From: a virus
Taxonomy: Duplodnaviria > Caudoviricetes
IMG/VR virus record: IMGVR_UViG_3300013121_000004
Span: 32,001-96,000 of that record
DNA length: 64,000 bases
Strand: one strand, 5' to 3'
This document shows positions 45,265 to 57,300 of the stretch, piece by piece (position 1 is the first letter of the stretch; each line of letters starts with the position of its first letter). The translations under genes were made by a program, and so were the position numbers. The notes beneath the pieces are model-generated. The model ran no database searches and was not told the origin of the DNA. It worked only from the letters and a program-made list of their open reading frames with translations.

Positions 45265-45776
45265 TGTATACAGGGCCATATATTCAACTGATAGATAATA
45301 TCAAAGCCATTCTACAGAATGAATCTAGTAAACGAACAGGTTCGCCACTTACTAGTGCATACGGTGATTTTACCTTTTTTACTAAGAGAGTAACTAACTG
45401 GGATGAACTTCTAAACAGTCTTCCAGCTATTACAATAGATTTGGACGGAGGCGGATTCGACTACATATACGAAGATCAAGGAGCCTTTAGGTTAATACCA
45501 GTAGTAATCGTTCTGTACATGCCATTATATACGTATGGTAAAACAGCGGATGAATCTGCTACAATAGAAGTAGCGGTAGACGAAGAAATAAAACTACGCT
45601 TCGCTGACCTCGAAGAAATAATGAATGAAAATCGTGCAGCGCACGGTACTGCATATGAGTTATTAATGGTTGAAGGCGGTGGCATTTTCTATGAAGCCTT
45701 CGATTTTGGCGAACCAATCAACATGCAACTAAGACTTGCACAACTCAATCTAGTCGCGAGACAGCGCATACAATAA
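45264..45776 (+). CDS. tail terminator protein
   Basis: Position before the tail tube gene; LPAITI motif. Confidence 0.6.
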   Translation: MYTGPYIQLIDNIKAILQNESSKRTGSPLTSAYGDFTFFTKRVTNWDELLNSLPAITIDLDGGGFDYIYEDQGAFRLIPVVIVLYMPLYTYGKTADESATIEVAVDEEIKLRFADLEEIMNENRAAHGTAYELLMVEGGGIFYEAFDFGEPINMQLRLAQLNLVARQRIQ

Positions 45777-45819
45777 GTGTTCCCACTTTCTAAGTGGCAA
45801 ATTTCAGGAGGAATAACTA

Positions 45820-46680
45820 ATGGCAAGAGACGTAATTTCCCAAGCACGCGCTGGTTCTCTACTAGAATCCCATGGTGGGCCAGCAGTTTTGTTCTACGCG
45901 CCTCTCGGCACTACTTTCCCAACGGCAATTAGTGACGTAATCGATTTCGATGCCGGTGCAAACCAGTTCAAGGCCCTAAGCCCTTGGACTTCTCTAGGTA
46001 TTACCCGCAGTGGTATTACTGTTACAAGAGGTTTCGAAGATATTAAGCGAGACGCAGATCAATCATACGGTGCTTTTGACCTTCGCCCAACCGGTTGGTC
46101 AACAATGGTTTCGACCGAACTTCTAAAAACTGACCCTGTTACGCTACAGCTAGCGTGGGTTGGCGGTGCTATTACTACCGTAGCAAAGGTTTCTACCACA
46201 CTACAGGTAGCAGTAGCAGCAACCGATACAACCATGACTGTAAACAGCATTTCTGGTCTATCCAATGCTGATTACATCATCATGGGCACTGGGCCTTATC
46301 AGGAACTATGCAAGATTTCTGGATCACCATCTGGTAACACTGTTACCATCGCCGTAGGCGCACAGTATGCTCACGCATCAGGTACTCTTGTAGCTAAGCT
46401 AGAAGAGAATACCATGCCTTATGGTACTGCCCGAAACATCCCACCGTATCTACTCGCCGTAATTGCTCCGGTAAACTACGACGATCCAGCTGCTGGTGGT
46501 GTTGTTAACGGCCTTAGAATGTTCGCATTCCGTCGCGTAAAGCTTGAAGCTGGGCAGCGCCAGATTAACCACTCAAACGGTCAAGACTGGACTCTCCCTG
46601 TTAGCTTCTACGCATTCCCTGACCTTGATCAGGGTGACCCAGACACCGATACCTTCGTTGTCTACGACCTAGCATACTAA
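45820..46680 (+). CDS. major tail (tube) protein with internal inserted domain
   Basis: GPAVLFYAPLGT, W.SLG.T..GITV; AGGAGG RBS. Confidence 0.85.
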   Translation: MARDVISQARAGSLLESHGGPAVLFYAPLGTTFPTAISDVIDFDAGANQFKALSPWTSLGITRSGITVTRGFEDIKRDADQSYGAFDLRPTGWSTMVSTELLKTDPVTLQLAWVGGAITTVAKVSTTLQVAVAATDTTMTVNSISGLSNADYIIMGTGPYQELCKISGSPSGNTVTIAVGAQYAHASGTLVAKLEENTMPYGTARNIPPYLLAVIAPVNYDDPAAGGVVNGLRMFAFRRVKLEAGQRQINHSNGQDWTLPVSFYAFPDLDQGDPDTDTFVVYDLAY

Positions 46681-46762
46681 GTCTTAGTAGCTAATACACG
46701 TAGTGACAGCCCGTACAGGGTGTTTCACTTTTACATCATCACACATAAGGAAACGATATAAG

Positions 46763-47227
46763 ATGAGTGACGCATTTATTCAGAGAAGTAAGTCCATTTG
46801 GGTAGGGGCTGAAGAAGTAGAGGTAAGGGAAATGCCTCTAGCCAGAGTAAAGAGATTTAAGACTGTAATCTCTGGTTTCGCAGAAGAGTACAACGAACTA
46901 ATGGATACTGTACGTGCTACCATGGAAGCGCGAGACGAGGCCATCGAACGAGGCGAAGATCCAGTAACCGCAAATCTAGAGCTAGATATGTGGAGCGACA
47001 TCGCAGATATGATCTTTGCACGTCCGCACGAAGTGCTTAGTGTCCTAGTGCCTAATCTGCCGAAAGAACCGTTTGAAGACGAAGAAAATGGTGTAACGAT
47101 CCCACAGTTAATCGACGCATTTGATACTGTGTTAGAAGTTAACAAGATAGAGTGGGTCAAGAAGAGCCTCCCTTTCATCCAGAGTTTGATCTTGAGTTCG
47201 GATCTGAACTTCTTAACCAAGAAGTAG
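46763..47227 (+). CDS. tail assembly chaperone (G)
   Basis: Lies between the tube and tape measure genes; ATG at 46763. Confidence 0.75.
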   Translation: MSDAFIQRSKSIWVGAEEVEVREMPLARVKRFKTVISGFAEEYNELMDTVRATMEARDEAIERGEDPVTANLELDMWSDIADMIFARPHEVLSVLVPNLPKEPFEDEENGVTIPQLIDAFDTVLEVNKIEWVKKSLPFIQSLILSSDLNFLTKK

Positions 47228-47685
47228 ATGAAAAGTACACAGAAGACAGAGTGCTAGCACGACTGTTCTCTAGGACTTCTATCAAACCTGTAGACGCGTT
47301 AAACGAGGATACAGGTTTAACTTTGTCGCAAATACAAGTTCTCTTAGAAGAAGTACAATATCAAGACAACACTACCCTAGCGCTGCTATTGCAAGCACAA
47401 GCAATGACTGTTCCTGCAATAGCTAGTATAATGGGAGGTATGATGGGCGGAGGAAGCCCTGATGGTGCTACCAAGTCGTTAGAGGCTATCTTAAATATGG
47501 CACGCACTCTCCTCGAAGGAAAAGACTCAGAAGAGACTGTTGCGGAAAAGAAGATGACAGAAAAGCAGAAAAAGGAGGCGGACGAGTTACTTGAAAGACA
47601 TCCGCTATTCAAGCAATTTTATGCTGAGCGAGGAGCCGAGAGCTTAGATGAAATCAATGTAATGAATCCAATTAGCATTGGCTGA
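47170..47685 (+). CDS. tail assembly chaperone frameshift extension (GT), reached by -1 slip at C CCT TTC
   Basis: X XXY YYZ heptamer at 47170-47176 is in the correct phase; -1 frame is open to 47685. Confidence 0.75.
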   Translation, partial: PFHPEFDLEFGSELLNQEVDEKYTEDRVLARLFSRTSIKPVDALNEDTGLTLSQIQVLLEEVQYQDNTTLALLLQAQAMTVPAIASIMGGMMGGGSPDGATKSLEAILNMARTLLEGKDSEETVAEKKMTEKQKKEADELLERHPLFKQFYAERGAESLDEINVMNPISIG

Positions 47686-50600
47686 TAATAACGATACCCT
47701 TAATCTATTGTTCCGGCTCTCAGCCGTTATTGACCCTCAATTCTCGCAGACACTAAAGAAAGCTGCGCAGGAGGTAGATAAAGCTGGGAAGAATATTGAG
47801 GGGTCATTAAAGAGAACTGGCGAAGCCAATTTAGCCAAGCTTACACAAAATCTAGGCGAAAACAGTACTCTAGTTAAGGGGCTACGCGATAAGATGCGAA
47901 GCATTCAGAAGTACACTTCTGATGTCGGCGCTCAGCGTAGGCTAGTACAAGAAGAAGAAAGAAAGTTACTTGAAGGGCTTAATCAAAAGGATAGGGCTGG
48001 CCCCGGCGCGGCAGCTAAAAGATACAGTAAAGCTAAAGGGATCTTCCAAGCAATTGGCACTCCACAGGAGATTAAGCTTCAAGTAGCTGAAATAGAAAGC
48101 AATCTACGCAAACTCAGAGCTATATACATAGAGTTAGCTAAGGATGACCCTAAGCTTTCTAAATCTATGTCTAACTGGTTTACTACTAATAAAAGCAAAG
48201 AGCAAGAGTGGGTAAAGCGACAAGGGGAGCTTAAAGGGCACCTACAGCAGTCTTCTGCCGCTATGAAGCGATATGAGCTGGCTATCGCTAACATGGCTAG
48301 ATTCAAAGGATATGACCCGCAAAGAATTACGGACATCAAACGTGACCTCCAGTCTTTGCTGACTGGTTTAGACCTGAGTGAGCAAGGTAAACAGTTTGCA
48401 CAGGCTCAAGCACAACTTAAAAAAGCACTCGAAGATCGTAAGAGACTGATTGATGATTATCTAAAGAAGTCCGGCATCACCAGCCCTACAGCTATGCAGC
48501 AAACACTAGGTAAAATTAGCGCCAAGATGGCTGCTGGTACTGATGCTGCTGGAGCTAAATCCAGTGAAACTGCTCTCATTAATCTCTACACTACTTGGCG
48601 AACTAAGGCTAATGAAGTAGCTACGGCTCTATCTATTATCCCCAAAGAAATTCAAGATACTGTACCATATATCCAGCAGATTAAAGACGAGTGGGAAAAA
48701 GTAGGCAAAGAGATTGAAGATCAGATGGTTCTGTACAAGAACGCTAACAATTTCTTACAGCGCCAGAAGGTTTTGACTGATCAGATTACATATGACCGAG
48801 GAGACGGATACCACACTACAAGCGGTAATTTGAATGCTATGCGCCGCCGCTATCAAACAATAACAGGCGGTATTTCTGAGCGCCCACAAGGGTACGCTTC
48901 TGACTCACAGCTACGCGGTATGACTCGTCTTATTCAAGATGCGCAAGAGCGAATCATGGCTCTCAAGGAAGCGATGCGCGTGGCTGGCGCAGAGAACGAT
49001 GATTACTCGGACGGACTTTCAGATCAAAAACACGAGATTCAAGGAATCATAAAAGAGTACGAGGATTGGGCGGAAGCTACTAAGGAACTCTACAAAGAGC
49101 AGAAGAAGTTAAACACGGAAGGTCGGGCGCAGAATGCCCGCTATCAGGCTCGTAATGCTATTGCTAACGCAGTAGGTGGTATGCGCTTTGGTATGATTAG
49201 CCGTGGCGTTCACGGCGCTACCAGTTTGTTTAAGACTAGTTATGATGATGGAGGTATAGCAGAAGTAGGTAAGAGTTTTGCCTATGTAGGTGGGACTATT
49301 GCTGCTATCGCTATTCCACTCAAGATCTTCGACCTAGCTATGAAGGCTATCGTAGGAACTTTCCGCACATTCACAAATGTAATACGCAATGGCATAGGTA
49401 CAATAAAGGGATTCATCTCTTCGTCTGTTGCAGCGCACCAACAACTAGTAGCATTTGCGCTCCAGACTGGTCTGTCTATTAACGAGGCTCAGAAGCTTAG
49501 CGCTTCGTTCCGCGTTCTTGGGTTGGATACTACTTGGGTAGCCGTTGGTATGGGTGCCTTGAACAAGTCTGTAATCGAGAACAACGCTATTTACGCTAAG
49601 TGGGGGATCGCTACAAGAGATGCTACGGGTAACGCACGTCGTATGTCTGATGTGCTTGATGACCTAAACGATAAATACCAGTCCCTGAACGAAGGAGACA
49701 GGATTAACTTCCTAGCCGATCTCCAAACTGCACTCCCATTCATCAGCATGATTACGCCGATGATTACTACAAATCTTAACGACATTCTAAAACCACTTGA
49801 GAATATGAATGTAATCCTAGACGAGACTGAACAGAAGGATATGACTCGTGTAGTCGCTTCTGTTACTGGCATGAAGCTAGCGTTTGAAGGATTAGCTAAC
49901 ACTGTAACTATCGCTTTAGCTCCTGCTATCGAATCCTTCGCCAATACTGTTATTACAGTACTGGTAGCCGCTATGCCTAAGATACAGAAGATATTTAGAA
50001 GTGCAGCAGAGCAAATTCGCGACTTTTTCTTCGCGCTAGGTGGCGGAGATACTGGCCCAATTAGTGCGTTTGCTGATGCGTTCAGCAACACAGAGAAGAC
50101 CTTGGAAAGCGGTAATGGTACGATGGGTCTTTATACAGATACTGTACAAGACCTAGATAAGGAAATTGCAGCCAACGTTCAGACTATGGACGATTGGCGC
50201 GAGCATATCGAGGATCTGCGTGGCCCTATGGAAGATATGCAGAAAGCTATGCAAGATGAGCTAGAAGCTATTAACGATGCCAAAGAAACAGTAAGTGATG
50301 CGCTTAAAATAGAAATAAGCCCCCTTGAAGACAGACTCGAATTAATCGAGAAGTCCAAGGAGTCTTGGATAGAGGAGAGGGATACTGCACTAGAAGCTAT
50401 CGATGACGAAATCAAAGCTCTTCAAAGAGCCAATCGTCAGCTATCTAGAGATGAGCGTGCTGAACTTAATCCATTAAATGATGCTTTAGAAGCTCTAAAG
50501 GAACAGAAAAAGGCTTTAGCTAAGGCAGCAAAAGATGCTAAGAAAGATGTACCTGACTACTCTGAGGAGATTGATGCTCAAAACGCCATTAAAGATGGCC

Positions 50601-53600
50601 TACAAGACCAGATAGAATCCATCAGAGACGCTACTGACGCTTGGACGGAACAAAAGGAAGCTATCATAGATGACTACCAGTCACAGATAGTTGTAATCGA
50701 CGATATAATTGATGGTATCCGTAAGCAAGAAGCTGCTGCATCAAAGGCGGCTAATGCTCAGAAAGAGCTTCTACAAGATCAAATAGATGCTATCCAAGAA
50801 GTAGGCGAAGAGCAGACACGGGTCGCGCAGGATAAAGAATATTGGGATCAGAGAGCGTACCTCACTGGTCAGTCTTTGCTCGCTCAGCTAGAGGCACAAC
50901 AAAGAGCACTAGATAATCGAGCACAGCGGCAGCGGCAGCAGGGTGAATCCGATACAGATTACCAGCTACGTATGCAGCAGCTTGCTCTTGCTAACGACAT
51001 CGAAGAGGAACAGAGAAGACTATCCCTGTCTGCTCTTGACGAGAACAGATTGCTGGAGGAAGCTAACCGCGTTAGAGAAAATACCATCAAGTTGCTTCAG
51101 GATCAGATTCAAGCTATCGAAGATGCGTTTGAAGCACAAAAGGAAGCTAACGACACACTAATTGAAGGATACGACGCGCAGAAGGGGTCATATTCCAGCC
51201 TTATCGACGGAATCAAGGATGAAATCGATGCTCGCAAGAAAGCAGACGACGCTACTATTAAAGGGATCGAGAACAACGTCAAGGCAATTGATAAGGAAAT
51301 CGAAAGGTACCAGAACCTAGCTGACGAGGCACGCAAGGCGCAAGACGCTGTTGATGAGTACTACGATAAGCAAATTGAAGATCTAGATACACAAATCGAT
51401 TCTATCTCTGACGCTATCGACAGCATCAAAAATAAGTACGACGAACTCAAAGAAGCAAATGATCTGAGAATCGAAGACCTCCAAGAGCTGGCCGAGAGTA
51501 CTCGCGATACTTATGAAGGCATCATTGACCCAATTGACGAAGAAATTAAGAAGATCAAAGAATCTGTAGACGAAGCCAAGAAAGCAGCAGCAGAAAAGAT
51601 CGAGCTATTGGACGATCAAGCCGAGGCTATCCGTGACTACTATACCCCTCTGCTTCGTGCACAGCAAGATGAGATCGATAAATGGGAAGAAGCCATCAAA
51701 GTGATGGATCGTTATAATAAGGAACGGAAGCGAGCACTAGATGAAGCAATAGGTCTACAGGAAGCCAATGCAGCTAAGCCTGTTTCAGGAGCATCTAGCT
51801 CTTACACTATCGGTGGAGTAGACGTAGGGAGTATCGGTACTAAGATCGGTAAAATCGTGTACGAAGCAGCTATTGCTCCGTTTACAAAGGAAATAACTAA
51901 TCCCAAAAAGAGAGCAGGGTCAGCTGGTATAGATGACCCTGATACTGTAACTGTGTTTGCATTTGACTCAGAGGCTATTAAGGAAGCGCTACACAATCTA
52001 GTAGACGATATCGTACAGCCTACAGTGGAGTATTTCTGGAATGAGTGGTGGAGACTGTCTGGGGAATATGCTCCTAAAGGCGCAAAGGGTCTTATAGGTA
52101 TACTGGTAGCGGAACTCGTAGATCAGATGATTAATCATCTAAAAGATCCTAATACATGGAAAGACATGACCAGCGGTAAGTTCATGCCCGCAGGGGTCTT
52201 CTCCAATATGGGAGAGAAAATTGGAGGCTGGATCATTGAAGGACTTATCGATGAAATAGGGAAGAACATAGGTATAAGTAGCAATACGCGAAAGAAGTGG
52301 ATAGAGTTCTTTGAAGAAGCTATTTCCGCTATGAAAGAACTCTTCACTCCAATGAACTGGGCTATCTATTTCTATAGATACATAGTTAAGCCACTAATTG
52401 ACTTGATAACGGAATGGGACAAAATGATTCCTTACTGGGAGGGGTTTTGGGAAGAAGCTCTTATTGCTGCTGGCAATGTCTTCAAAGACATTGCAATGTT
52501 CCTGTATGACCATCTTATTAAGCCAATCATAGATTACATCAAAGATCCTTCGTTACTTAAGGACGATGCGGAAAAGCTATGGGGCAGTATCTTAAAGGCT
52601 GGTGAGTTTGTATTCAGCACGCTTACTAAGTGGTTAAGCGATACATTCGTTAAGCCTATAGTATCTTTCATAGACGGCACTATCAAGGTCGGTGGAGAGC
52701 TGTGGGATAAGTTTAGCGATATGTGGGGCGCATTCTACAGATCAGGTGAAAAAGCATTCAGCACAATCGGTACTTGGCTAAGCGATACTATCGGAAAGCC
52801 TATTACAGAATTCTTTAGTGGGTTAGGCAGTAGCATTGGAACTGCCTTTGGTGGGGTTTGGTCTGTTATTCTAAAGCCATTCGAGACAGCGTATAAAGGT
52901 ATAGACTGGATGTTCGAAAAGCTAAGTGCAGCAATCTCTAAGATTGCTGGTGTTGCTAGGCTCGACGTTCCAGATTTCAGCCTTCCTGATTGGCAGAATC
53001 CATCTGCGGGTATTGGAGACGCGTATGCAGGCCAGCCTCCTCCGGGGTCTAGCGCGTACCCTGAGTTTGCTGAAGGCGGTCGAATTGATCGACCGACTCG
53101 TGCGCTAATTGGTGAAGCCGGGTATCCTGAGTACGTTATTTCTACTGATCCGAGTAAGAAATCTCGCACTATGGGACTCCTCCAAAACTTCTTCAAAGAA
53201 TTAAATGGTGGACGTCAAACGGATGGCGGATTCGGGTCTAGTAGAGGCGGGCCGTTTGACTTTATCGATAGTGCATTCGGCAAGGCCGGGGAGTTCTTCT
53301 CTGGCGCGTTCGCTGCTGGGAAGAAAGGGCTCGATGTAATTACAGAAGCACCATCTCAGTTAATGTCGCTTGCCAAGGATCAGGCAGCCAAGATTCTAAA
53401 AGCTGCTATTGAAGAAGCGATCAGTGCAACACCCGGACAGCTACCGCTATTTACCGGCTTAATGAATTGGGTTAAGGATGCCATCATTAAATGGTTCACC
53501 GGGTCTGGGTATGATGCTGGAACGTTCTTCGACGCAGAAGATATATTCGGTAACGGCGCAGTTATTCCTACACAATCATATGGAGATACTACGTATGCTC

Positions 53601-54328
53601 AAGGCGCATACGCCGATAAGTTCCACCACGGCGTAGACATCGCATCCGTTGGCGGACAGAAGATTCCTCTGTTCGGGTCTGGTCGTGCATCTCTCGTAAG
53701 CAAAGGCTACAACGAGGGACTAGGTAACTATGTAGCAATGCGCGGTATCGTTAAGGGTGGCGAGGCTATACAGTTCCTCCTAGGCCACCTAGACCGCGTT
53801 TTAATCAACTTTACGGATACTATATCAAAAGCCACACAAATCGGTAATATGGGCACTACAGGCTATTCAGACGGGGTTCATACACATGTCCAGACCCGTA
53901 ATGAAGCCGGGACTGAAATAAACCCAGAAAGATTCTTCCCATCCATGAGTTGGTTCTGGGGGTCTGATGCAGTAGGTTATCGCAATGGCGGACTGGTAAA
54001 GCCTAACTCTACGCTGCTCGACATGTACGGTCGCCCGTACGCACGCGCGGGAGAGGGCGGACTGTCCGAAGCCATCACTCCTATTGATATGCTAAAGAAT
54101 GTGGTAAAATACAGTGTAGCATCAGGTATTAGTTCTGCGAGAATGCCTGCTATGAATAGCAGTCAGAACATCTCGCAAAGCGGCCCGACACTTCACATCG
54201 AGAATATCTATGCGAACACAAAGGAAGACGGACAAGAGATTGCAAGAGTTATCCGTAATGAGTTCGAAGATTTGCTAACAAATATGAAAACTCACAAGCG
54301 GACAATAGCTGCCGGGAGAAGGATTTAA
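47678..54328 (+). CDS. tape measure protein with C-terminal M23 peptidase domain
   Basis: 2216-aa coiled coil with aromatic periodic repeats; FAEGG; HHGVDI...GN...HL...GTTGYS.G.H.H. Confidence 0.9.
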   Translation: MADNNDTLNLLFRLSAVIDPQFSQTLKKAAQEVDKAGKNIEGSLKRTGEANLAKLTQNLGENSTLVKGLRDKMRSIQKYTSDVGAQRRLVQEEERKLLEGLNQKDRAGPGAAAKRYSKAKGIFQAIGTPQEIKLQVAEIESNLRKLRAIYIELAKDDPKLSKSMSNWFTTNKSKEQEWVKRQGELKGHLQQSSAAMKRYELAIANMARFKGYDPQRITDIKRDLQSLLTGLDLSEQGKQFAQAQAQLKKALEDRKRLIDDYLKKSGITSPTAMQQTLGKISAKMAAGTDAAGAKSSETALINLYTTWRTKANEVATALSIIPKEIQDTVPYIQQIKDEWEKVGKEIEDQMVLYKNANNFLQRQKVLTDQITYDRGDGYHTTSGNLNAMRRRYQTITGGISERPQGYASDSQLRGMTRLIQDAQERIMALKEAMRVAGAENDDYSDGLSDQKHEIQGIIKEYEDWAEATKELYKEQKKLNTEGRAQNARYQARNAIANAVGGMRFGMISRGVHGATSLFKTSYDDGGIAEVGKSFAYVGGTIAAIAIPLKIFDLAMKAIVGTFRTFTNVIRNGIGTIKGFISSSVAAHQQLVAFALQTGLSINEAQKLSASFRVLGLDTTWVAVGMGALNKSVIENNAIYAKWGIATRDATGNARRMSDVLDDLNDKYQSLNEGDRINFLADLQTALPFISMITPMITTNLNDILKPLENMNVILDETEQKDMTRVVASVTGMKLAFEGLANTVTIALAPAIESFANTVITVLVAAMPKIQKIFRSAAEQIRDFFFALGGGDTGPISAFADAFSNTEKTLESGNGTMGLYTDTVQDLDKEIAANVQTMDDWREHIEDLRGPMEDMQKAMQDELEAINDAKETVSDALKIEISPLEDRLELIEKSKESWIEERDTALEAIDDEIKALQRANRQLSRDERAELNPLNDALEALKEQKKALAKAAKDAKKDVPDYSEEIDAQNAIKDGLQDQIESIRDATDAWTEQKEAIIDDYQSQIVVIDDIIDGIRKQEAAASKAANAQKELLQDQIDAIQEVGEEQTRVAQDKEYWDQRAYLTGQSLLAQLEAQQRALDNRAQRQRQQGESDTDYQLRMQQLALANDIEEEQRRLSLSALDENRLLEEANRVRENTIKLLQDQIQAIEDAFEAQKEANDTLIEGYDAQKGSYSSLIDGIKDEIDARKKADDATIKGIENNVKAIDKEIERYQNLADEARKAQDAVDEYYDKQIEDLDTQIDSISDAIDSIKNKYDELKEANDLRIEDLQELAESTRDTYEGIIDPIDEEIKKIKESVDEAKKAAAEKIELLDDQAEAIRDYYTPLLRAQQDEIDKWEEAIKVMDRYNKERKRALDEAIGLQEANAAKPVSGASSSYTIGGVDVGSIGTKIGKIVYEAAIAPFTKEITNPKKRAGSAGIDDPDTVTVFAFDSEAIKEALHNLVDDIVQPTVEYFWNEWWRLSGEYAPKGAKGLIGILVAELVDQMINHLKDPNTWKDMTSGKFMPAGVFSNMGEKIGGWIIEGLIDEIGKNIGISSNTRKKWIEFFEEAISAMKELFTPMNWAIYFYRYIVKPLIDLITEWDKMIPYWEGFWEEALIAAGNVFKDIAMFLYDHLIKPIIDYIKDPSLLKDDAEKLWGSILKAGEFVFSTLTKWLSDTFVKPIVSFIDGTIKVGGELWDKFSDMWGAFYRSGEKAFSTIGTWLSDTIGKPITEFFSGLGSSIGTAFGGVWSVILKPFETAYKGIDWMFEKLSAAISKIAGVARLDVPDFSLPDWQNPSAGIGDAYAGQPPPGSSAYPEFAEGGRIDRPTRALIGEAGYPEYVISTDPSKKSRTMGLLQNFFKELNGGRQTDGGFGSSRGGPFDFIDSAFGKAGEFFSGAFAAGKKGLDVITEAPSQLMSLAKDQAAKILKAAIEEAISATPGQLPLFTGLMNWVKDAIIKWFTGSGYDAGTFFDAEDIFGNGAVIPTQSYGDTTYAQGAYADKFHHGVDIASVGGQKIPLFGSGRASLVSKGYNEGLGNYVAMRGIVKGGEAIQFLLGHLDRVLINFTDTISKATQIGNMGTTGYSDGVHTHVQTRNEAGTEINPERFFPSMSWFWGSDAVGYRNGGLVKPNSTLLDMYGRPYARAGEGGLSEAITPIDMLKNVVKYSVASGISSARMPAMNSSQNISQSGPTLHIENIYANTKEDGQEIARVIRNEFEDLLTNMKTHKRTIAAGRRI

Positions 54329-57300
54329 TGCCAGTACCAAACGGGCCTAGTGTTTTAGCACCTAACGCCAACGCGCACTATGCGGTAGGTAGTGCTATTC
54401 AATGGCTTATCACGCCACAACATCCTGACGGAACTAACGTAACAGGGTATGAGTTTCAGCTATCTGAGTCTGGCGGTACAGTCGAGTGGTACATACATAC
54501 AGTTACAGGGGTAAACCTGTCTTCTGGCAATAACATCTACTTTATCGGAACGCTGTCTGAACCTCTACCTACAGGTATTTCTCTAGAAGTTAGAGCAAGA
54601 ACTAGAAATGCCGAAGGGTGGGGCTTATGGGGTAGTGGTACAAGCATTGTAGTAACTAACACAGCGCCTACATTTGTTACTGGTACTGCTGCGCCTCAAG
54701 GTACTGTAAACGTAGTCGGAGCAACTGTTACTCCTACGTTTTCTATTACCGTAAATGACACAGAAGGAGATCCGATTAAGTACTACGAAGCTATCGTAGA
54801 GAACGATGGCGGTGCTGCGTATTATTGGATCTCTCCTCTAGTATCTATCGATATCGCGGCGGGTAGTGTGCTTACGTTCCAAGGCCCGAGTAACATGCCT
54901 AACGATGCAAGCTATAAGTGGAAGATTAGAGCATGGGACGCGGCTATGCGTACTACTGTTTCTCCCAGCTACACTTCCTACATAAACTTCTCGTTGGTAA
55001 ACATTCTAAGTAGCAATACTGCACCTACACTTACCTCTACTGGTGGCCCGTCTGGTACAGTAGCCGCGACTACTAATGACTATTACAACTTTACCTGCAC
55101 TAGCGTATGGACTGATGCTGAAGGTCACTCTATTGCAGCTTATCAGCTACAGATTGAAAACACTAGCGATAGCACTACAGTATTAGACACAGGTAAAGTC
55201 CCTACATCAGTAGCCAGCGGTGCTACGCTATCTGTTACTGGCCCTGCTCTATCAGTAGGCAGTAACTACAGATGGCGCATTAAAGTGTGGGATGTGTATG
55301 ACGCAGAGAGTAGCTGGAGTTCTTACACTGACTTTACACCTGCTGTAACGTCTGCTACTAACCTTCCACCTACCGCCACAGCTATTACACCTAGCGGCGC
55401 TACTACATCGCCTGTTTCGTTTGTCGGAGGGTTCTCTGACTTAGGCGGTACACTGAACACTTTCTCGCAGTACCAACTTCGTATATATGAGGACTCTACT
55501 CTAGTGTGGACTTCTCCGTTGTACAACACCACAGCTACAGAGAGAAGTGCTAAGCAGTTCAGCAGGCTTTATGCTGGCCCTGCTCTATCCTCTGGATCTA
55601 CATATTACTGGCAATGTAAAGTGTGGGATAATGGTGGGCTTGGCTCTGCTTGGTCTACTCTTGTTCCATTCTCTATTCAGGTAGCCCCTAACGCCCCTGT
55701 AAGCCTTGCACCGTCCGGCGTTACTACTACACTGTCGTTCTCATTCACAGGCGGTTTCAGCACCAGCGGTGCTGGCACACTTGCTTATACACAGATTGTA
55801 GTCAAGAATGTTAGCAACGTAGTAATCTGGGATTCTGGTGCTGTTGCGTCTTCTGGTTCTACATTCTCTATCCCTTACGCTGGCCCTGCTCTATCCGCTG
55901 GTCAGCAAATAACATGGATAGCTAGAAACAAAGACAGTAATGGGTTGTGGGGGCCATACTCAGGTGCTACTTCGGTAGTTTACCAGTCTACTCCAGATGT
56001 CCCTATCAACTTGTTCCCGGCCAGTAGTAATGTTGCTGCTTACCCGTCTACACGTCCTGTCTTTGGTGGAGATAACAGCCATCCAAGCAGCGTAGGAATG
56101 AACGCTGCACAGATTGTGGTTTACACAGAAGACGAGGCTACTCAACTGTGGGATAGTGGTATCGTAGCTCAGACTGGTACTCGATTTAAGATTGGGTACG
56201 CTGGTACAGCTTTATCCGATGGACAAGTAATCAAATGGAAAGCTCGTACACGATCTTCTGACACAAACTATTGGGGGCCATATACCGAATTACAGACTCT
56301 AAGGATTAACAAAGCCCCAGAAGCTATTGTTAACCCTTCGCCTAATGGCGCAAATATCTCAACGCTAACTCCTACACTTACTTGGACTGCTAAAGTAGGA
56401 GAGGCTACGGTAGAAACTTCAGCAATAGCTAATGGTCGTCGCCCTACATTTACTATTTTGAACATCGTAGATCAGCAGACATTAGCTGATGTTGTCGGAT
56501 ACCCTGACAATACCTCTGCTGTGTGGGATGACTTTTCTGCATTATCTGGGTGGACTACTGAAGCTGGCACATGGGCTGTGTCTGCTGGTAGGCTTTACTG
56601 CTCTGCCGGTGCTGACAATGCGCGGCTATATAAGGACTCATTAATTAGTGACGGACTAATTGGGTGCTTAATGAAATACGACTCTTCTGGATCTGCTGGT
56701 AGCGGGACAGTTGGCCCCGGCGCGGGGATCTACTTCAGAAGGAGTGATGCGTCCAATTATTGGGTTGTGTCTATTGCTGGCGGTACGCTCTACCTTAGCT
56801 CTAATGTAGCTGGTACTTTCACCACAGTAGCCAGCGCAGACGTAGACGTAGTGCATGGATACGATTGCCATATCTCCGTTACACTCAGTGGACAAGATAT
56901 CAATGTATACTTTAACGGAGTAGAGAAGATTGACTACACGGATGCTACAAACTTCAACACTACAGAAACAGAACACGGTATCTTTGCTTCTCAGTCCACA
57001 TCATCTACTTTTGACAACTTCTTTGTAGCATCCTCGACAGCAGGCGCTAGCGCCTATGTAGTCGGAGGCGGTGACCTTTCTTCAGAAAAGAGCTACACTT
57101 GGGTAGCAAGAATATTTGACGGGTATGTGTTAGGAGCATACAATGCTCCCTCTACATTCACGACTGTAAGCGCACCGTCTGTGGCTATCACATCTCATGC
57201 AGAAGGCGATACTATTGCTTCGCCTAACCCAACTATAACTTGGTCTTATACAGGGTACGGCGGTAGAACACAGACTACCTACAGAATACGCATACTGAAT

